From assembly GCA_963663275.1 (NCBI GenBank), contig OY760183.1:1152001-1216000 (forward strand): DNA of 64,000 bases, in the 5' to 3' direction. Made by a program: the position numbers and the translations under genes. Each line of letters starts with the position of its first letter. The stretch's first letter is position 1. The notes under the pieces were generated by a model, which made no database searches, was not told where the DNA came from, and worked only from the letters and a program-made list of their open reading frames with translations. The DNA is from Chloroflexota bacterium. GTDB taxonomy: Bacteria; Chloroflexota; UBA11872; VXOZ01. Below are positions 1 through 9,026 of this stretch, in pieces.

Positions 1-522
1 CCACTTGCCCACCGTCGCCGAGCGGCCGGCGCCGCGCGGCCCCAGCGGAAAAACGCCGGGAAGTGCCGCTTTGAGCGCCGCGCGCCCCAATGCCTTGTCG
101 GGGTAGACGGCGTTGTCGCGGGGGCCGAAGTCATAGATGATCGCGCCGGAGACCAGGGCGATGTTGCCCCAGTGCGGCGAATAATCGCGCTGGGCGAGCA
201 GTTCCGCCGCCACGCCCGTAGCCGCTTCCAGGCCGTAGAACGAGCCGCCGGCCAGGCAGATGGCGTCCAGGCGGCCTTCACCGTTTTGCAGCGCCTCGGT
301 ATAGAGCGTGGCGTGCGCGCCGCCGCGAATGTCCACGGCGGCGGTGGCCCCGTGGTCGAATTGGAAGACCGTGCAGCCGGTCGGGCCGGCCTCGTACTCG
401 GCGACGCCGATTGCCAGGCGCGGGAAGTCGAACGTGAGCCGCGGGCCGCTGAACGCGGTGCGCGGCACAAGTTCCAGCGAGTCGTTGGAGCGCGGCGGCT
501 GGTTTGCGTTCGACTCCGTCAT
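1..522 (-). CDS. P1/DmpA-family Ntn hydrolase, NylC (6-aminohexanoate oligomer endohydrolase)-like; 3' end runs off window
   Basis: Not in the ORF track; manual translation from ATG at 522 gives MTESNANQ...TFDFPRLAIGVAEYEAGPTGCTV...DIRGG...ICLAGGSFYGLEAATGV...VSGAIIYDFGPRDNAVYPDKALGRAAL...GAGRSATVGKW, matching NylC motifs as recalled; GA-rich RBS upstream. Confidence 0.8.
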   Translation of the reverse strand, partial: MTESNANQPPRSNDSLELVPRTAFSGPRLTFDFPRLAIGVAEYEAGPTGCTVFQFDHGATAAVDIRGGAHATLYTEALQNGEGRLDAICLAGGSFYGLEAATGVAAELLAQRDYSPHWGNIALVSGAIIYDFGPRDNAVYPDKALGRAALKAALPGVFPLGPRGAGRSATVGKW

Positions 523-569
523 GCGCCTTCCTCTTTCCTACGCCCAACTGAGTTTTTCTGTGCCTGTCT

Positions 570-869
570 GAGACCTTTGCATTAATCCGTCATTCCGGCG
601 CAAAGCCGGAATCCAGATCTCACTTACAACGATATTTGGCTTGATTTCAATCCGTTTCACCCCCCCATCCCAACCTTCCCCCTCAAGGGGCTGACAGGGG
701 TAGGCACGTGTCATTCCGAGCGGAGCGAGGAATCTAGAACCGACGTTTTTGCAGCGAAAGCCTTAGATTCCTCTCTCCGCTGCGCTCCGCTCGGAATGAC
801 ACGTGGAGTCGAATGTAGAATGCCTACCCCTGTCAGCCCTCGAGAGGGAAGGGGTAACGCAAGGGTCTC
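570..869. mobile_element. MITE family 1 (GAGACCTTTGC...GCAAGGGTCTC termini) carrying a nested MITE
   Basis: Terminal inverted repeats; colinear with the uninterrupted copy at 53858-53997 once 688-839 is removed. Confidence 0.75.
688..839. mobile_element. MITE family 2 nested in MITE 1
   Basis: Perfect 19-bp TIR GGGCTGACAGGGGTAGGCA / TGCCTACCCCTGTCAGCCC; flanks TCAAG / TCGAG; contains inverted GTCATTCCGAGCGGAGCG REP pair. Confidence 0.75.
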
Positions 870-933
870 CAACTGTGCCCTGTGTCAGCGCGCGCGCCGC
901 GCCGCGATTGCCGGGTAGGCCGGGCACACTGGC

Positions 934-2049
934 TCACCGTGTCGCGAACCGCTCGGGAGAATAGGGTTCCAACGGCGCCAGATCGCCGTCGTAGATGGCA
1001 TTGCGCATGAGGCGCGCGGTGATCGGGGCCAGCAAGATGCCGTTGCGGTGGTGCCCGGCGGCGACCCAGAGGCCCGGCCGGCCGGCGACGGGCCCCAGCA
1101 GAGGCAGCCGGTCGGGCGGCGTGGGCCGCAAGCCCGCGCTGAAGTGGCCCACCCGCGCGTCGGCCAGGCTGGGCGCGACCCTTTGCAGAATCTTGATGAG
1201 GGACGCCACACCACCGGCGGTGTTCTCGCGGGCGAACCCGGCGTCCTCTTCCGTGGCCCCGACGACGATGCGGCCGTCCTGTTTGGGCGCCAGATAGCCA
1301 CCCGCGCCAAAGACGACCCGCCGCAGCGGACGATCATAGGTCTCCAGCACCATCACCTGGCCGCGGGTCGGCTTCAAGGGCAGCGTGAGGCCCAAGCGGT
1401 CGCCGAGCAAGCGGCTCCAAGCGCCGGCGGCGATGACAACGTGGTCGGCATGCACCGGGCCGGCGACGGTGTGCAGACCGGTGACGCGCTCGCCGGCGGT
1501 CAGAAAGTCGTGCACCGGCGTGTGTTCGTGCAGGGTCACGCCCCGGGCTACGGCCGCCAGCGCGAGCGCGTGCATGAGTTGCGGCGCGTAGACGTGGGCG
1601 TCGTCATGGAAGAGCAGCCCGCCGAGGGCTTTGGCGGCAACCAGCGGCTCGGCGCGTTGCACCGCCTCGGCATCGAGCCACTCCACCCGCCGGCCCCGCG
1701 CGGCCAGGACCTCCGCCTGGTGCTCCAGGAAGAGCGCCTGGGTCTTGCCAAAGACGACGGTGAGCGCGCCGGATTGGGTGTAGGTGGCGTCCAGTCCGGT
1801 GACTGCTTCGAGTTCCGCCGCGAAAGCGGGATAGAGTTGGGCGGACCGCACGGCCAGATTGGCGAATGAGTCCCGGTCGTCGTCCTCCACGCCGGAGCCC
1901 AGAATGCCGGCCGCGGCGATGCGCGCCTGGCCGCCGACGCGCTCTTGCTCGAACACGTCCGCTTGCATCCCGGCCTTGGCCAATTCGAAGGCCAGGGCGC
2001 AGCCGATGATGCCGCCGCCGACGATGGCGACTTGGGTGGTCATGGACAT
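934..2049 (-). CDS. thiO: Glycine oxidase ThiO
   Basis: GGGIIG FAD-binding motif, AAGIL, GLRP, GHHRNGILLAP; inside thi operon. Confidence 0.9.
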   Translation of the reverse strand: MSMTTQVAIVGGGIIGCALAFELAKAGMQADVFEQERVGGQARIAAAGILGSGVEDDDRDSFANLAVRSAQLYPAFAAELEAVTGLDATYTQSGALTVVFGKTQALFLEHQAEVLAARGRRVEWLDAEAVQRAEPLVAAKALGGLLFHDDAHVYAPQLMHALALAAVARGVTLHEHTPVHDFLTAGERVTGLHTVAGPVHADHVVIAAGAWSRLLGDRLGLTLPLKPTRGQVMVLETYDRPLRRVVFGAGGYLAPKQDGRIVVGATEEDAGFARENTAGGVASLIKILQRVAPSLADARVGHFSAGLRPTPPDRLPLLGPVAGRPGLWVAAGHHRNGILLAPITARLMRNAIYDGDLAPLEPYSPERFATR

Positions 2050-2134
2050 GGGGTCTGTGCTTTCTGCGGTTTCCGGTGAATGTCTTTACATAATCCTGGC
2101 TGACTGGTGGCGCTGGGCCGGTCTAGCGCCGTTT

Positions 2135-2167
2135 CCCCTCACCCCGGCCCTCTCCCTGGGGAGAGGG
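2135..2167. repeat. REP-like palindrome, CCCTCACCCC..CCCTCTCCC..GGGAGAGGG family
   Basis: Same motif recurs at 11351-11520, 36704, 44851, 44991, 52516, 53805-54235, 58960. Confidence 0.85.
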
Positions 2168-2227
2168 TGTTTGCATCCCCTGTCGCGGCGGGAGCGGCGG
2201 GCTTGCGGGCGCAGGGCGCGCTCCCGC

Positions 2228-2476
2228 TCAGCGCCCGCCGGCGCCGCCGCCGACCATGCGCACGATTTCCACCACGTCGCCTTCTTGCAGCACGACTTCC
2301 TCATGCGCGGCGCGGCGGATCACCTCGCGGTTCACGGCAACGGCGATGAACCGCGCCGGCACGCCATTCTGATCCAGAAAGGCGGCCAGCGTCGTGCCGG
2401 CGGGCACCTGGCGGGCCTCGCCGTTCGCCGTAATGCGTATGTGTCTGGTTTCCCCGGATTCGTTCACGGGCATCAT
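2228..2476 (-). CDS. thiS: Sulfur carrier protein ThiS
   Basis: ITANGE...IAVAVNREVI...LQEGDVVEIVRMVGGG; short extension AGGR after the GG motif. Confidence 0.9.
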   Translation of the reverse strand: MMPVNESGETRHIRITANGEARQVPAGTTLAAFLDQNGVPARFIAVAVNREVIRRAAHEEVVLQEGDVVEIVRMVGGGAGGR

Positions 2477-2543
2477 CCGTTCGCCCCGGTATCACTTCTG
2501 GGACAGGCGCTGAGCCTACCATGTCACGCCGCGTGAGCCGGCG

Positions 2544-3314
2544 TCATGAGATGCGCGGTTCGGGTAGTTGCGCCAGGGCCCGGACCAGGGCGCGGGCGGC
2601 CGCGGCCGTATCCGGGGCATCGAGCAGCGCGCCGATCACGGCCACGCCGTGCGCGCCGTCCTCCATGACCACCGCCGCGTTCCGCGCCGTAATTCCGCCG
2701 ACGCCGATTACGGGTATGTCCACGGCTTCCGCCGCGTTCCGCGCTAATCCCGGGCCGGCCGGCGCGCGTCCCGGTTTGGAATCGGTCGCAAAGAGCGTTC
2801 CCACCTGCACGTAGTCCGCGCCCGCGTCCGCGCAGCGGACGGCGGCGGCAACGCTGTGCACCGAACAGCCCAGCAGCACCTCCGCGCCCACCAGCCGCCG
2901 CGCCGCCGCCACCGGCAGGCCGTTCTCCGGCAGGTGCACGCCGTCCGCGCCCACGGCCAGCGCCACGTCGATGCGGTCGTTGACGATGAAGAGCGCGCGA
3001 TCCCGGGTCACGCGCCGCAGTTGCCGGGCAAGCGCATAGAGGTCCGCGGCCGGCAGCGCCTTCTCCCGCAGTTGCACAGCGCGTGCGCCGCCCTGAACCG
3101 CCGCCTGAGCCTGCCGGATGAGCCGTGCGGCGGCGTGGTCTACCGCCCCGATCTCCGTGCCAGGCGGGACGTGCGCGGGAGCGCCGGTTCGGGTCGGGAC
3201 GCGGCTGTTGTCCGGCGCGTCGTTCTCCGTTGCGCCCGCTGCCGGTGGGCCGCCTTCCGCCGCGTCGAGGCGCGTAATGAGCGTGAGGCAGGGGTAGGGC
3301 AAATGGGGTTTCAT
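2544..3314 (-). CDS. thiE: Thiamine-phosphate synthase ThiE
   Basis: VQLREK, IVNDRIDVALAVGADGVHL, SVH, TDSKP, GVGGIT motifs; ~40-aa low-complexity insertion near N-terminus. Confidence 0.9.
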   Translation of the reverse strand: MKPHLPYPCLTLITRLDAAEGGPPAAGATENDAPDNSRVPTRTGAPAHVPPGTEIGAVDHAAARLIRQAQAAVQGGARAVQLREKALPAADLYALARQLRRVTRDRALFIVNDRIDVALAVGADGVHLPENGLPVAAARRLVGAEVLLGCSVHSVAAAVRCADAGADYVQVGTLFATDSKPGRAPAGPGLARNAAEAVDIPVIGVGGITARNAAVVMEDGAHGVAVIGALLDAPDTAAAARALVRALAQLPEPRIS

Positions 3315-3361
3315 GCGCTTCTGAACTCCCGTGCAGGGGAGGAGTGGCGGCGCGCGCCGCT

Positions 3362-4135
3362 CTAGCTCACGACACCTGCCACCGGGCTGCTGGGGCTGGC
3401 AAACTTCTGCTGCGCGATGCGCCCGGCCAGGTAGGCATTGCGTCCGGCTTCCACGCCCAGGCGGAAGGCTTCCGCCATCAGCGCCGGGTCCGCGGCGCGG
3501 GCGATGGCCGTATTGATCAGCACGGCGTCGGCCCCAATCTCCAGCGAGAGCGCGGCTTCGGAGGGCACGCCCAGTCCGGCGTCCACCACCACCGGCACGT
3601 TGGCCCGCTCGACGATGAGTTCGATCTCTTCCCGCGTGAAGATGCCCTGGCCGGAGCCGATGGGCGAACCCAGCGGCATCACGGTGGCGCAGCCGGCGTC
3701 TTCCAGCCGCCGCGCCAGGATCGGGTCGGCGTGGATGTAGGGCAGCACCGTAAACCCGTCTTTCACCAGAGCCTCGGCGGCGAGGAGCGTATCCACCGGG
3801 TCCGGCAGGAGCGAGTCCGGATCCGGTTGCACCTCCAGCTTGACCCAGTCCGATCCGGTGAGTTCGCGGGCCAGTTGGGCGGTAACCACGGCCTCGTCCG
3901 CGGTGCGGGCGCCGGCGGTGTTCGGCAGGATCGTATAGTGTTCCCAGTCGATGTGATCCAGAATCGTCTTCTGCGTCGGGTCGCTGAGATCGAGCCGTCG
4001 TATGGCTACCGTGATGATCTCCGCGCCCGAGGCCGCGACGGCCTGGGTCATCTCCTCCGGCGTGCGGTACTTGCCGGTGCCGATCATCAGCCGCGAGTGG
4101 AAATGCTCACCCGCAATCTCAAGCGTGTCTGCCAT
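3362..4135 (-). CDS. thiG: Thiazole synthase ThiG
   Basis: [42 protein letters not shown]; start reset to MADTLE with AAGGAG RBS. Confidence 0.95.
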   Translation of the reverse strand: MADTLEIAGEHFHSRLMIGTGKYRTPEEMTQAVAASGAEIITVAIRRLDLSDPTQKTILDHIDWEHYTILPNTAGARTADEAVVTAQLARELTGSDWVKLEVQPDPDSLLPDPVDTLLAAEALVKDGFTVLPYIHADPILARRLEDAGCATVMPLGSPIGSGQGIFTREEIELIVERANVPVVVDAGLGVPSEAALSLEIGADAVLINTAIARAADPALMAEAFRLGVEAGRNAYLAGRIAQQKFASPSSPVAGVVS

Positions 4136-4261
4136 GGTCGCTCCTTTCTCGGCGCCGCGCGCGGTCTCGCGGTGATGTGGCGGCGCGTTGCGCGGCTGCT
4201 GCGCGCTGCCGGTGGATGCGGAAGCGCGTGCCTGCCGGCGCTCCCCCTCCGCCCCAACAAC

Positions 4262-4292
4262 GCAAAAGCCGCTCCACAGGGGAAAGCGGCTT
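4262..4292 (-). terminator. Intrinsic terminator-like hairpin, probable expression platform of the TPP riboswitch
   Basis: Minus strand AAGCCGCT-loop-AGCGGCTT followed by TTGCGTTGTT, just 3' of the aptamer. Confidence 0.6.
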
Positions 4293-4315
4293 GCAACGGC
4301 GTCTTGCGAGTGCTG

Positions 4316-4406
4316 CCGCTTCCCTCCGCTGGCATGATCCAGGTCAGGTTCCAAGGGTTGCCTCTGCCCCCGGCAAAGGCTCTCAGCCGCGCGGCTCCCC
4401 TAGCGG
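4316..4406 (-). promoter_or_regulatory. TPP riboswitch
   Basis: Minus strand CCGCTAGGGGAGCC..GGCTGAGAG..ACCCTTGGAACCTGACCTGGATCATGCCAGCGGAGGGAAGCGG fits the THI-box consensus; upstream of thiG. Confidence 0.95.
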
Positions 4407-4448
4407 CCCTAATGGCGCAATTCCGATACGCGCCAGTAAGACACCAAC

Positions 4449-4457
4449 AGTATACCA
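4449..4457 (-). promoter_or_regulatory. Extended -10 promoter for the thi leader
   Basis: TGGTATACT on minus strand ~40 nt upstream of the aptamer. Confidence 0.5.
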
Positions 4458-4575
4458 CGCCAAGCAGCGAGCGCGTATACCACGGCGCGTGGCGAGCGGG
4501 TATGCCATGGCGCGAGCGCATGGAAGCCGGCCGCCGTTCGCTCCAAGTCTTGGTAGATGGATGAGCGTGCGCAGT

Positions 4576-4853
4576 CTTGAGCAATGGATGACTATGCGCG
4601 CCGCCGTTCGCCTTGAGCAATGAATGAACGTGCGCGCCGCCGCTCGCCTTGAGCAGTGGTTGAACAAGTGTGCCGCTGCTCACCTTGAGCAATGGATGAC
4701 TATGCGCGCCGCCGTTCGCCTTGAGCAGTGGATGAACATGCGCGCAGCCGTTCGCCTTGAGCGATGGATGAACGTGGGCGCAGCCGTTCGCCTTGAGCAA
4801 TGAGTGAATATGCCCGCAGCCGTTCGCCTTGAGCCTGTCGAAAGGTGAACGGC
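4576..4853. repeat. Tandem array of 7 degenerate 36-bp units ending in an intact CCGTTCGCCTTGAGCCTGTCGAAAGG REP
   Basis: Units start at 4576, 4612, 4648, 4684, 4720, 4756, 4792 (consensus CTTGAGCAATGGATGAACRTGCGCGCMGCCGTTCGC). Confidence 0.9.
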
Positions 4854-4870
4854 GGGTTGGCCGCGGCGCA

Positions 4871-5383
4871 CTGTACTACCCGTTCATGCTTCGACGGGCT
4901 CAGCACGAACGGGTAGTACAGTCGAATACCGTAGCGCGGGGGCTTGTCCCCCGCTGGGGTGGGTGGGCAGCCTCCACATCGACGTAGCGCGGGGGCTTGT
5001 CCCCCGCCACTTGGCGCAGGTTACAAACCTACGCTACCGGAAACCCAGACTCCGGACGCAGGTTGCAAACCTGCGCTACCGGAGAACGGGAACGCAGTAC
5101 TTTTGGCAACGACATTAATGCGACGGCGTGAGGGCTTGTCCTCCGCTGGGGTGTTGATCCGGGTAGGCAAGTGTCATTTGGATGTTGTAAGAGGCGGGGA
5201 GATAGGGGAAAGTGAGGAGTAAGCGCGAGGGGCGCGTCGCTTGTCATTCCGAGCGGAGCGCAGCGGAGCGAGGAATCTAGAGAGCTGAGCCTGTCAGACG
5301 CCGAAAAGCAGGGACTCTAGATTCCTCGCTCCGCTCGGAATGACACGAGGAGCAGGACTTAGTGTGCCTACCGCTGTCAGCCC
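4871..5383. repeat. Mosaic REP/MITE cluster (hairpin 4871-4921, GTAGCGCGGGGGCTTGTCCCCC and GCAGGTTACAAACCTGC REPs, degenerate MITE 3 ~4980-5134, degenerate MITE 2 ~5151-5383)
   Basis: Direct sequence similarity to 688-839, 24297-24478 and 59151-59318. Confidence 0.75.
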
Positions 5384-5490
5384 GCCGGGGTGGGCAGCGG
5401 CGCCGGAGTGGAGTATGCTGGAAGGGCCACCGACCCACCCCCGACGCACGCGCCACCGTTTCACGCTCCACGCGAGAGGTTATGCACCCC

Positions 5491-6102
5491 ATGGAAAAAC
5501 CGGCAATTACCGATCATCCCATTCACGACCTGCTGCGGCGGCGTTGGAGCCCACGCGCCTTCAGCGCGCGACCGGTGGAGGCGCAGAAACTCGCCAGCCT
5601 CTTCGAGGCGGCGCGCTGGGCGCCGTCGTCGTTCAACGCGCAGCCCTGGCGCTTCTTCGTGGCGACCAAGGACGACCCGGCGGCGTACGCGCGGCTGCTC
5701 GATTGCTTGCGTCCGCAGAACGCGCGGTGGGCGCAGCACGCGCCGGTGTTGATCATAAGCGTGGCGCGGCTGGATTTCGCGGGCGACCGGGGGGCGAACC
5801 GCCACGCGCACCACGATCTCGGCCTGGCCACGGAGAATCTCGTGCTCCAGGCGGTGGCGCTGGGCCTGGCGGCGCACCAGATGGCCGGTTTCTTCCCGGA
5901 TAAGGCGCGCGCGGCCCTGGGCATCCCTGAGGGCTACGAGGCGGTCACCGCGATCGCGGTGGGCTATCCGGGCGACCCGGAGGACCTGCCGCCGGAAACC
6001 AAAGCCCGGGAACTCCAGCCCCGGGAGCGCCAGCCCCTCAGCGAATTGGTGTTCACCGACGCCTGGGAACGGCCGTGGACGGCGGAGCGGGACGAAGAGT
6101 GA
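5491..6102 (+). CDS. Nitroreductase family protein
   Basis: RRRWSPRAF, ARWAPSSFNAQPWRF, HDLGLA, HQMAGF, IAVGYPG. Confidence 0.9.
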   Translation: MEKPAITDHPIHDLLRRRWSPRAFSARPVEAQKLASLFEAARWAPSSFNAQPWRFFVATKDDPAAYARLLDCLRPQNARWAQHAPVLIISVARLDFAGDRGANRHAHHDLGLATENLVLQAVALGLAAHQMAGFFPDKARAALGIPEGYEAVTAIAVGYPGDPEDLPPETKARELQPRERQPLSELVFTDAWERPWTAERDEE

Positions 6103-6185
6103 CCCCGCGCCATGCCTGAACGCGCGCCCGCGCCGCGGCCGGCGGCAGGGCGTGACGCATCCGCGCCCACGTTGCGGCGCGTGGC

Positions 6186-7391
6186 CTAATCAGCCACGGT
6201 GAACCAGACCGGGCTCGACCACGCCGTCCGTTCGTCGGCCTGCACCGCGCGCACGTAGTAGTAGACGAGCGCCTCGCCCCCGCCGCCGGCCACCGGCGGC
6301 GATACTTTCACGATCTTCTCCAGCGGATCGTCGTCCACGAGGTCTATTGTCAAATCCGCCGCCGGCTCTTGTGGAACGAACTGGCGCACGTCCACGTTAT
6401 TGCGCACCAGCGTGACGTGGGCGATAGGGGCCGTGCCGTTCAGCGCAACGTGAATCGTGCGCGCATCGTCCGGCAGCGCGCCGCCGTCGGCGCCCATCTC
6501 CAGGCCGTTCGTCTCGGTCCAGAGGCGAATCTTGCGGCCGGTGGCCGCAAAGCAGCGGCGGGCGTGGAAGGCGGCAAAGATGCCCTCCCGCGTGAAGTCC
6601 TCCGCGTAGACGCCGGCCAGTCCCGCGCCCAGCACATTGCGGCGATAGGGGCCGCGCGCCGCCAGGATTGGGTTCAGCGGGCGGCCGGGGTCATTCGGAT
6701 CCAAAGGCGTGTGGTGGCCGCCGGAATGGCCGGAGTGATTGTCGCTGCTGCCGATCACACCGACTTTATAGCCCCGCGCCAGGCCGTCCTGCAGGAACGA
6801 ACCGGGCACGCTCGGCGACCAATTGGGGTCGCACTCGTGCGGGTTGCCCTTGTACTCGTAGTTCCCCCACATTGAGGTCATTTCGACGATCGGCTCGTAG
6901 CGCGGATTGAGCGTAGACCAGTCGAACGGCGTGCGGTCCCGCGCCAGGTGGTGGGGAATCAGCATGGCTTCATACGGCAGTTGGTCGAACGCCGTCCAGA
7001 CGTCATCGAGAGAGTTTACCGCGCTGCCGCTGGGCAGCAAGGGCGGTTCGTCGTCGCAGAAGAGCGCGTTGTGGTGGCCCCACGTACGGTCTTTGGGCGA
7101 ATTCCACTCATACGCCGGGAAGGTCACGAACCGGCCGGGGTCGTGGTAGGCGCGGTTCGCCTCCAGAATCACGCCATACTGGTCGCCGGTGAGCAGGTTA
7201 GGGGCCTTCTTGCCCATGCCGGACCAGGTGTGGTCGGTCACGGCGGCAAAGTCGATCTGCGCCACGTCCCGCGCGTAGCGGTAGCAGTCCGCCGGCGAGC
7301 CGTCGAAGCCGTCCGGCACGGCCTCCGGCTTGAAGCACGGCGAGAACTCGGCGTGGACGTGGGTGTCTCCCCAGAGCAAGGTGTACTTCAT
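6186..7391 (-). CDS. DUF3604 / PHP-like metallohydrolase
   Basis: WGDTHVH, VTDH, YEW, GHHN, IPHH, SSDNHSGH metal motifs; C-terminal YYYVRAVQ..AWSSPVW; start reset to MKYTLL. Confidence 0.75.
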   Translation of the reverse strand: MKYTLLWGDTHVHAEFSPCFKPEAVPDGFDGSPADCYRYARDVAQIDFAAVTDHTWSGMGKKAPNLLTGDQYGVILEANRAYHDPGRFVTFPAYEWNSPKDRTWGHHNALFCDDEPPLLPSGSAVNSLDDVWTAFDQLPYEAMLIPHHLARDRTPFDWSTLNPRYEPIVEMTSMWGNYEYKGNPHECDPNWSPSVPGSFLQDGLARGYKVGVIGSSDNHSGHSGGHHTPLDPNDPGRPLNPILAARGPYRRNVLGAGLAGVYAEDFTREGIFAAFHARRCFAATGRKIRLWTETNGLEMGADGGALPDDARTIHVALNGTAPIAHVTLVRNNVDVRQFVPQEPAADLTIDLVDDDPLEKIVKVSPPVAGGGGEALVYYYVRAVQADERTAWSSPVWFTVAD

Positions 7392-7626
7392 GCTTAACCC
7401 TTCCATACGCGACACTCGGCAGCAGCCAAGCTCAGAATATCGGCGCCAACCCCAAAACGCTGCAGGGCAGTCGTCGCAACAGTTTCCGAATGCGGCGGAC
7501 GCCGGTTGCAAACCTGCGCAACGCAGTCTAGGCGTCTCCTGGGCCGCACAAGTCGCACGCGTCAGTATGGGACGACTTTGCAGCGGCCCTGGCGCCCACA
7601 GGGCTTAGTATACTGCGCCGCAATCG

Positions 7627-8445
7627 TCAACGGGCCTCGATGTGCTTGCCTAACGCGAGCGGCGTCCTGAATACCTTTAGAATGTCATTGCCGGTTACGT
7701 GGGCCTGCCGGCTGGGCGCGCCGTTCTCAGGGCGCGTGGTGTGCACGAGCGTATACGGCGGCTCCAGCCAGAAACGCCCGATTTCATCGCGGCGCTCGAT
7801 GCCGCGCTGCACGCCGGCATAGATGAGTTGGCGCGCCTTGGTGGGATGCAGGTGAATGGCGGCGCCGTTAAACGCGCGGTTCGCGTCCATGCCCAGGCCG
7901 GTAGCGGACCCCCGGTCCAGGCCTTCCTTCACCACCGCCGTCTCGATGCCCGGCGCCAGCGCCTCCGCTTCTTCCGCCGCGGCCCGATCGCCGCTCAGAA
8001 AGACGTACGGCACGCCGAAGTACGCCGCGCTGATAAAGCTCCTGCCACTTTCGCCGATGGAGACGCCGTTGATGGTCAGTTCTTCCACCGCAAACGAGCC
8101 GGAATGCGCCAGGTGACCACCGTGGGCATTGGACTTCGCATGTTGGCCGATGCTGATGGCAACGTCGAACGAGGCGTCGAGTCCAGCGCCGATGGGGCGC
8201 GGGCGTCCTGTCAAGAGTTTCGCTGCCGGGTGCAGCAGCATCGGCGTAATCGCCCCGTGGCCGTGGCCGTCGATGACGACGATCTCCGCCGCGCCGGCCG
8301 CCATTGCGCCCTCGACGGCGGCATTGACTTCCAGTGTGGTCAGTTCGCAGCCGCGCTCGTAGTAGCGGGATTCCGGAAAGCAGTAATTCGGGGAGTCGAC
8401 TACACCCGCTACGCCTTCCATGTCGGTCATTACGAAGACTTTCAT
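7627..8445 (-). CDS. M55 family D-aminopeptidase (DppA-like)
   Basis: MKVFVMTDMEGVAG, DGHG, GQHA, LAHS, SGD motifs. Confidence 0.9.
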   Translation of the reverse strand: MKVFVMTDMEGVAGVVDSPNYCFPESRYYERGCELTTLEVNAAVEGAMAAGAAEIVVIDGHGHGAITPMLLHPAAKLLTGRPRPIGAGLDASFDVAISIGQHAKSNAHGGHLAHSGSFAVEELTINGVSIGESGRSFISAAYFGVPYVFLSGDRAAAEEAEALAPGIETAVVKEGLDRGSATGLGMDANRAFNGAAIHLHPTKARQLIYAGVQRGIERRDEIGRFWLEPPYTLVHTTRPENGAPSRQAHVTGNDILKVFRTPLALGKHIEAR

Positions 8446-8471
8446 ACCGTTAGTTATCCTTGCATTCAGCC

Positions 8472-8815
8472 GGCGGGGGACAAGCCCCCGCGCTACAGTT
8501 TCGCCAAGAGCGGGGGACAGGCCCTAATGTTATCGCGTTAGACGCAACGAGTAATGAAGACTACGCTCGTTTCTCCGGTAGCGCAGGTTCGCACGGGAGG
8601 TGCGCGTAACCTGCGTCTTCCGTAGGGTCAATCCATTCCGTTTTCATTTATTTGGTTCCGGCGGGGGACAAGCCCCCGCGCTACGGGTTTGCCAAGGACG
8701 GGGGACAAGCCCCCGCGCTACGGGTTTGCCAAGGACGGGGGACAAGCCCCCGCGCTACGGGTCGTTGAGAGAGTCTGGCAACACGTAGGGGCACGACATG
8801 TCGTGCCCCTACGTG
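8472..8815. repeat. GTAG-type REP cluster with partial MITE 3 and a 34-bp perfect palindrome (8782-8815)
   Basis: GGGGACAAGCCCCCGCGCTAC at four positions; 8522-8685 aligns to 59151-59297; CACGTAGGGGCACGACATGTCGTGCCCCTACGTG. Confidence 0.85.
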
Positions 8816-8837
8816 GATTAGCAGCGCAGCCAACACC

Positions 8838-8997
8838 CGCTCTCATCCCCGCAGACAGGTCGCCGCTCTCAACCCCGGCAGGCGGCTCGCCACTCTCATC
8901 CCGGCGGGCGGCTCGCCACATTCATCCCCGGCAGGCGGCTCGCCGCTCTCAACCCCGCAGACAGGTCGCCACTCCCATCCCCGGCAGGCGGCCTCGA
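8838..8997. repeat. Tandem repeat, 6 degenerate units of ~26-27 bp
   Basis: CTCTCAWCCCCGGCAGGCGGCTCGCCR repeated. Confidence 0.8.
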
Positions 8998-9026
8998 CGG
9001 TTCAGCCTACTGCCTGGGTACGAGGG

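Noticed and set aside
4136-4354. Long N-terminal extension of ThiG
   Set aside because: Runs through the riboswitch and terminator; the RBS-supported start is 4135
4087-4800. 237-aa repeat ORF (LKANGxAHxHP)
   Set aside because: Open frame is a by-product of the 36-bp tandem and overlaps the riboswitch and promoter
4576-4853. CRISPR or TIGR array
   Set aside because: Units are contiguous degenerate copies without unique spacers, derive from a REP, and have no cas or Nop-domain gene nearby
8838-8997. CRISPR-like array
   Set aside because: Simple 26-27 bp tandem with no spacers
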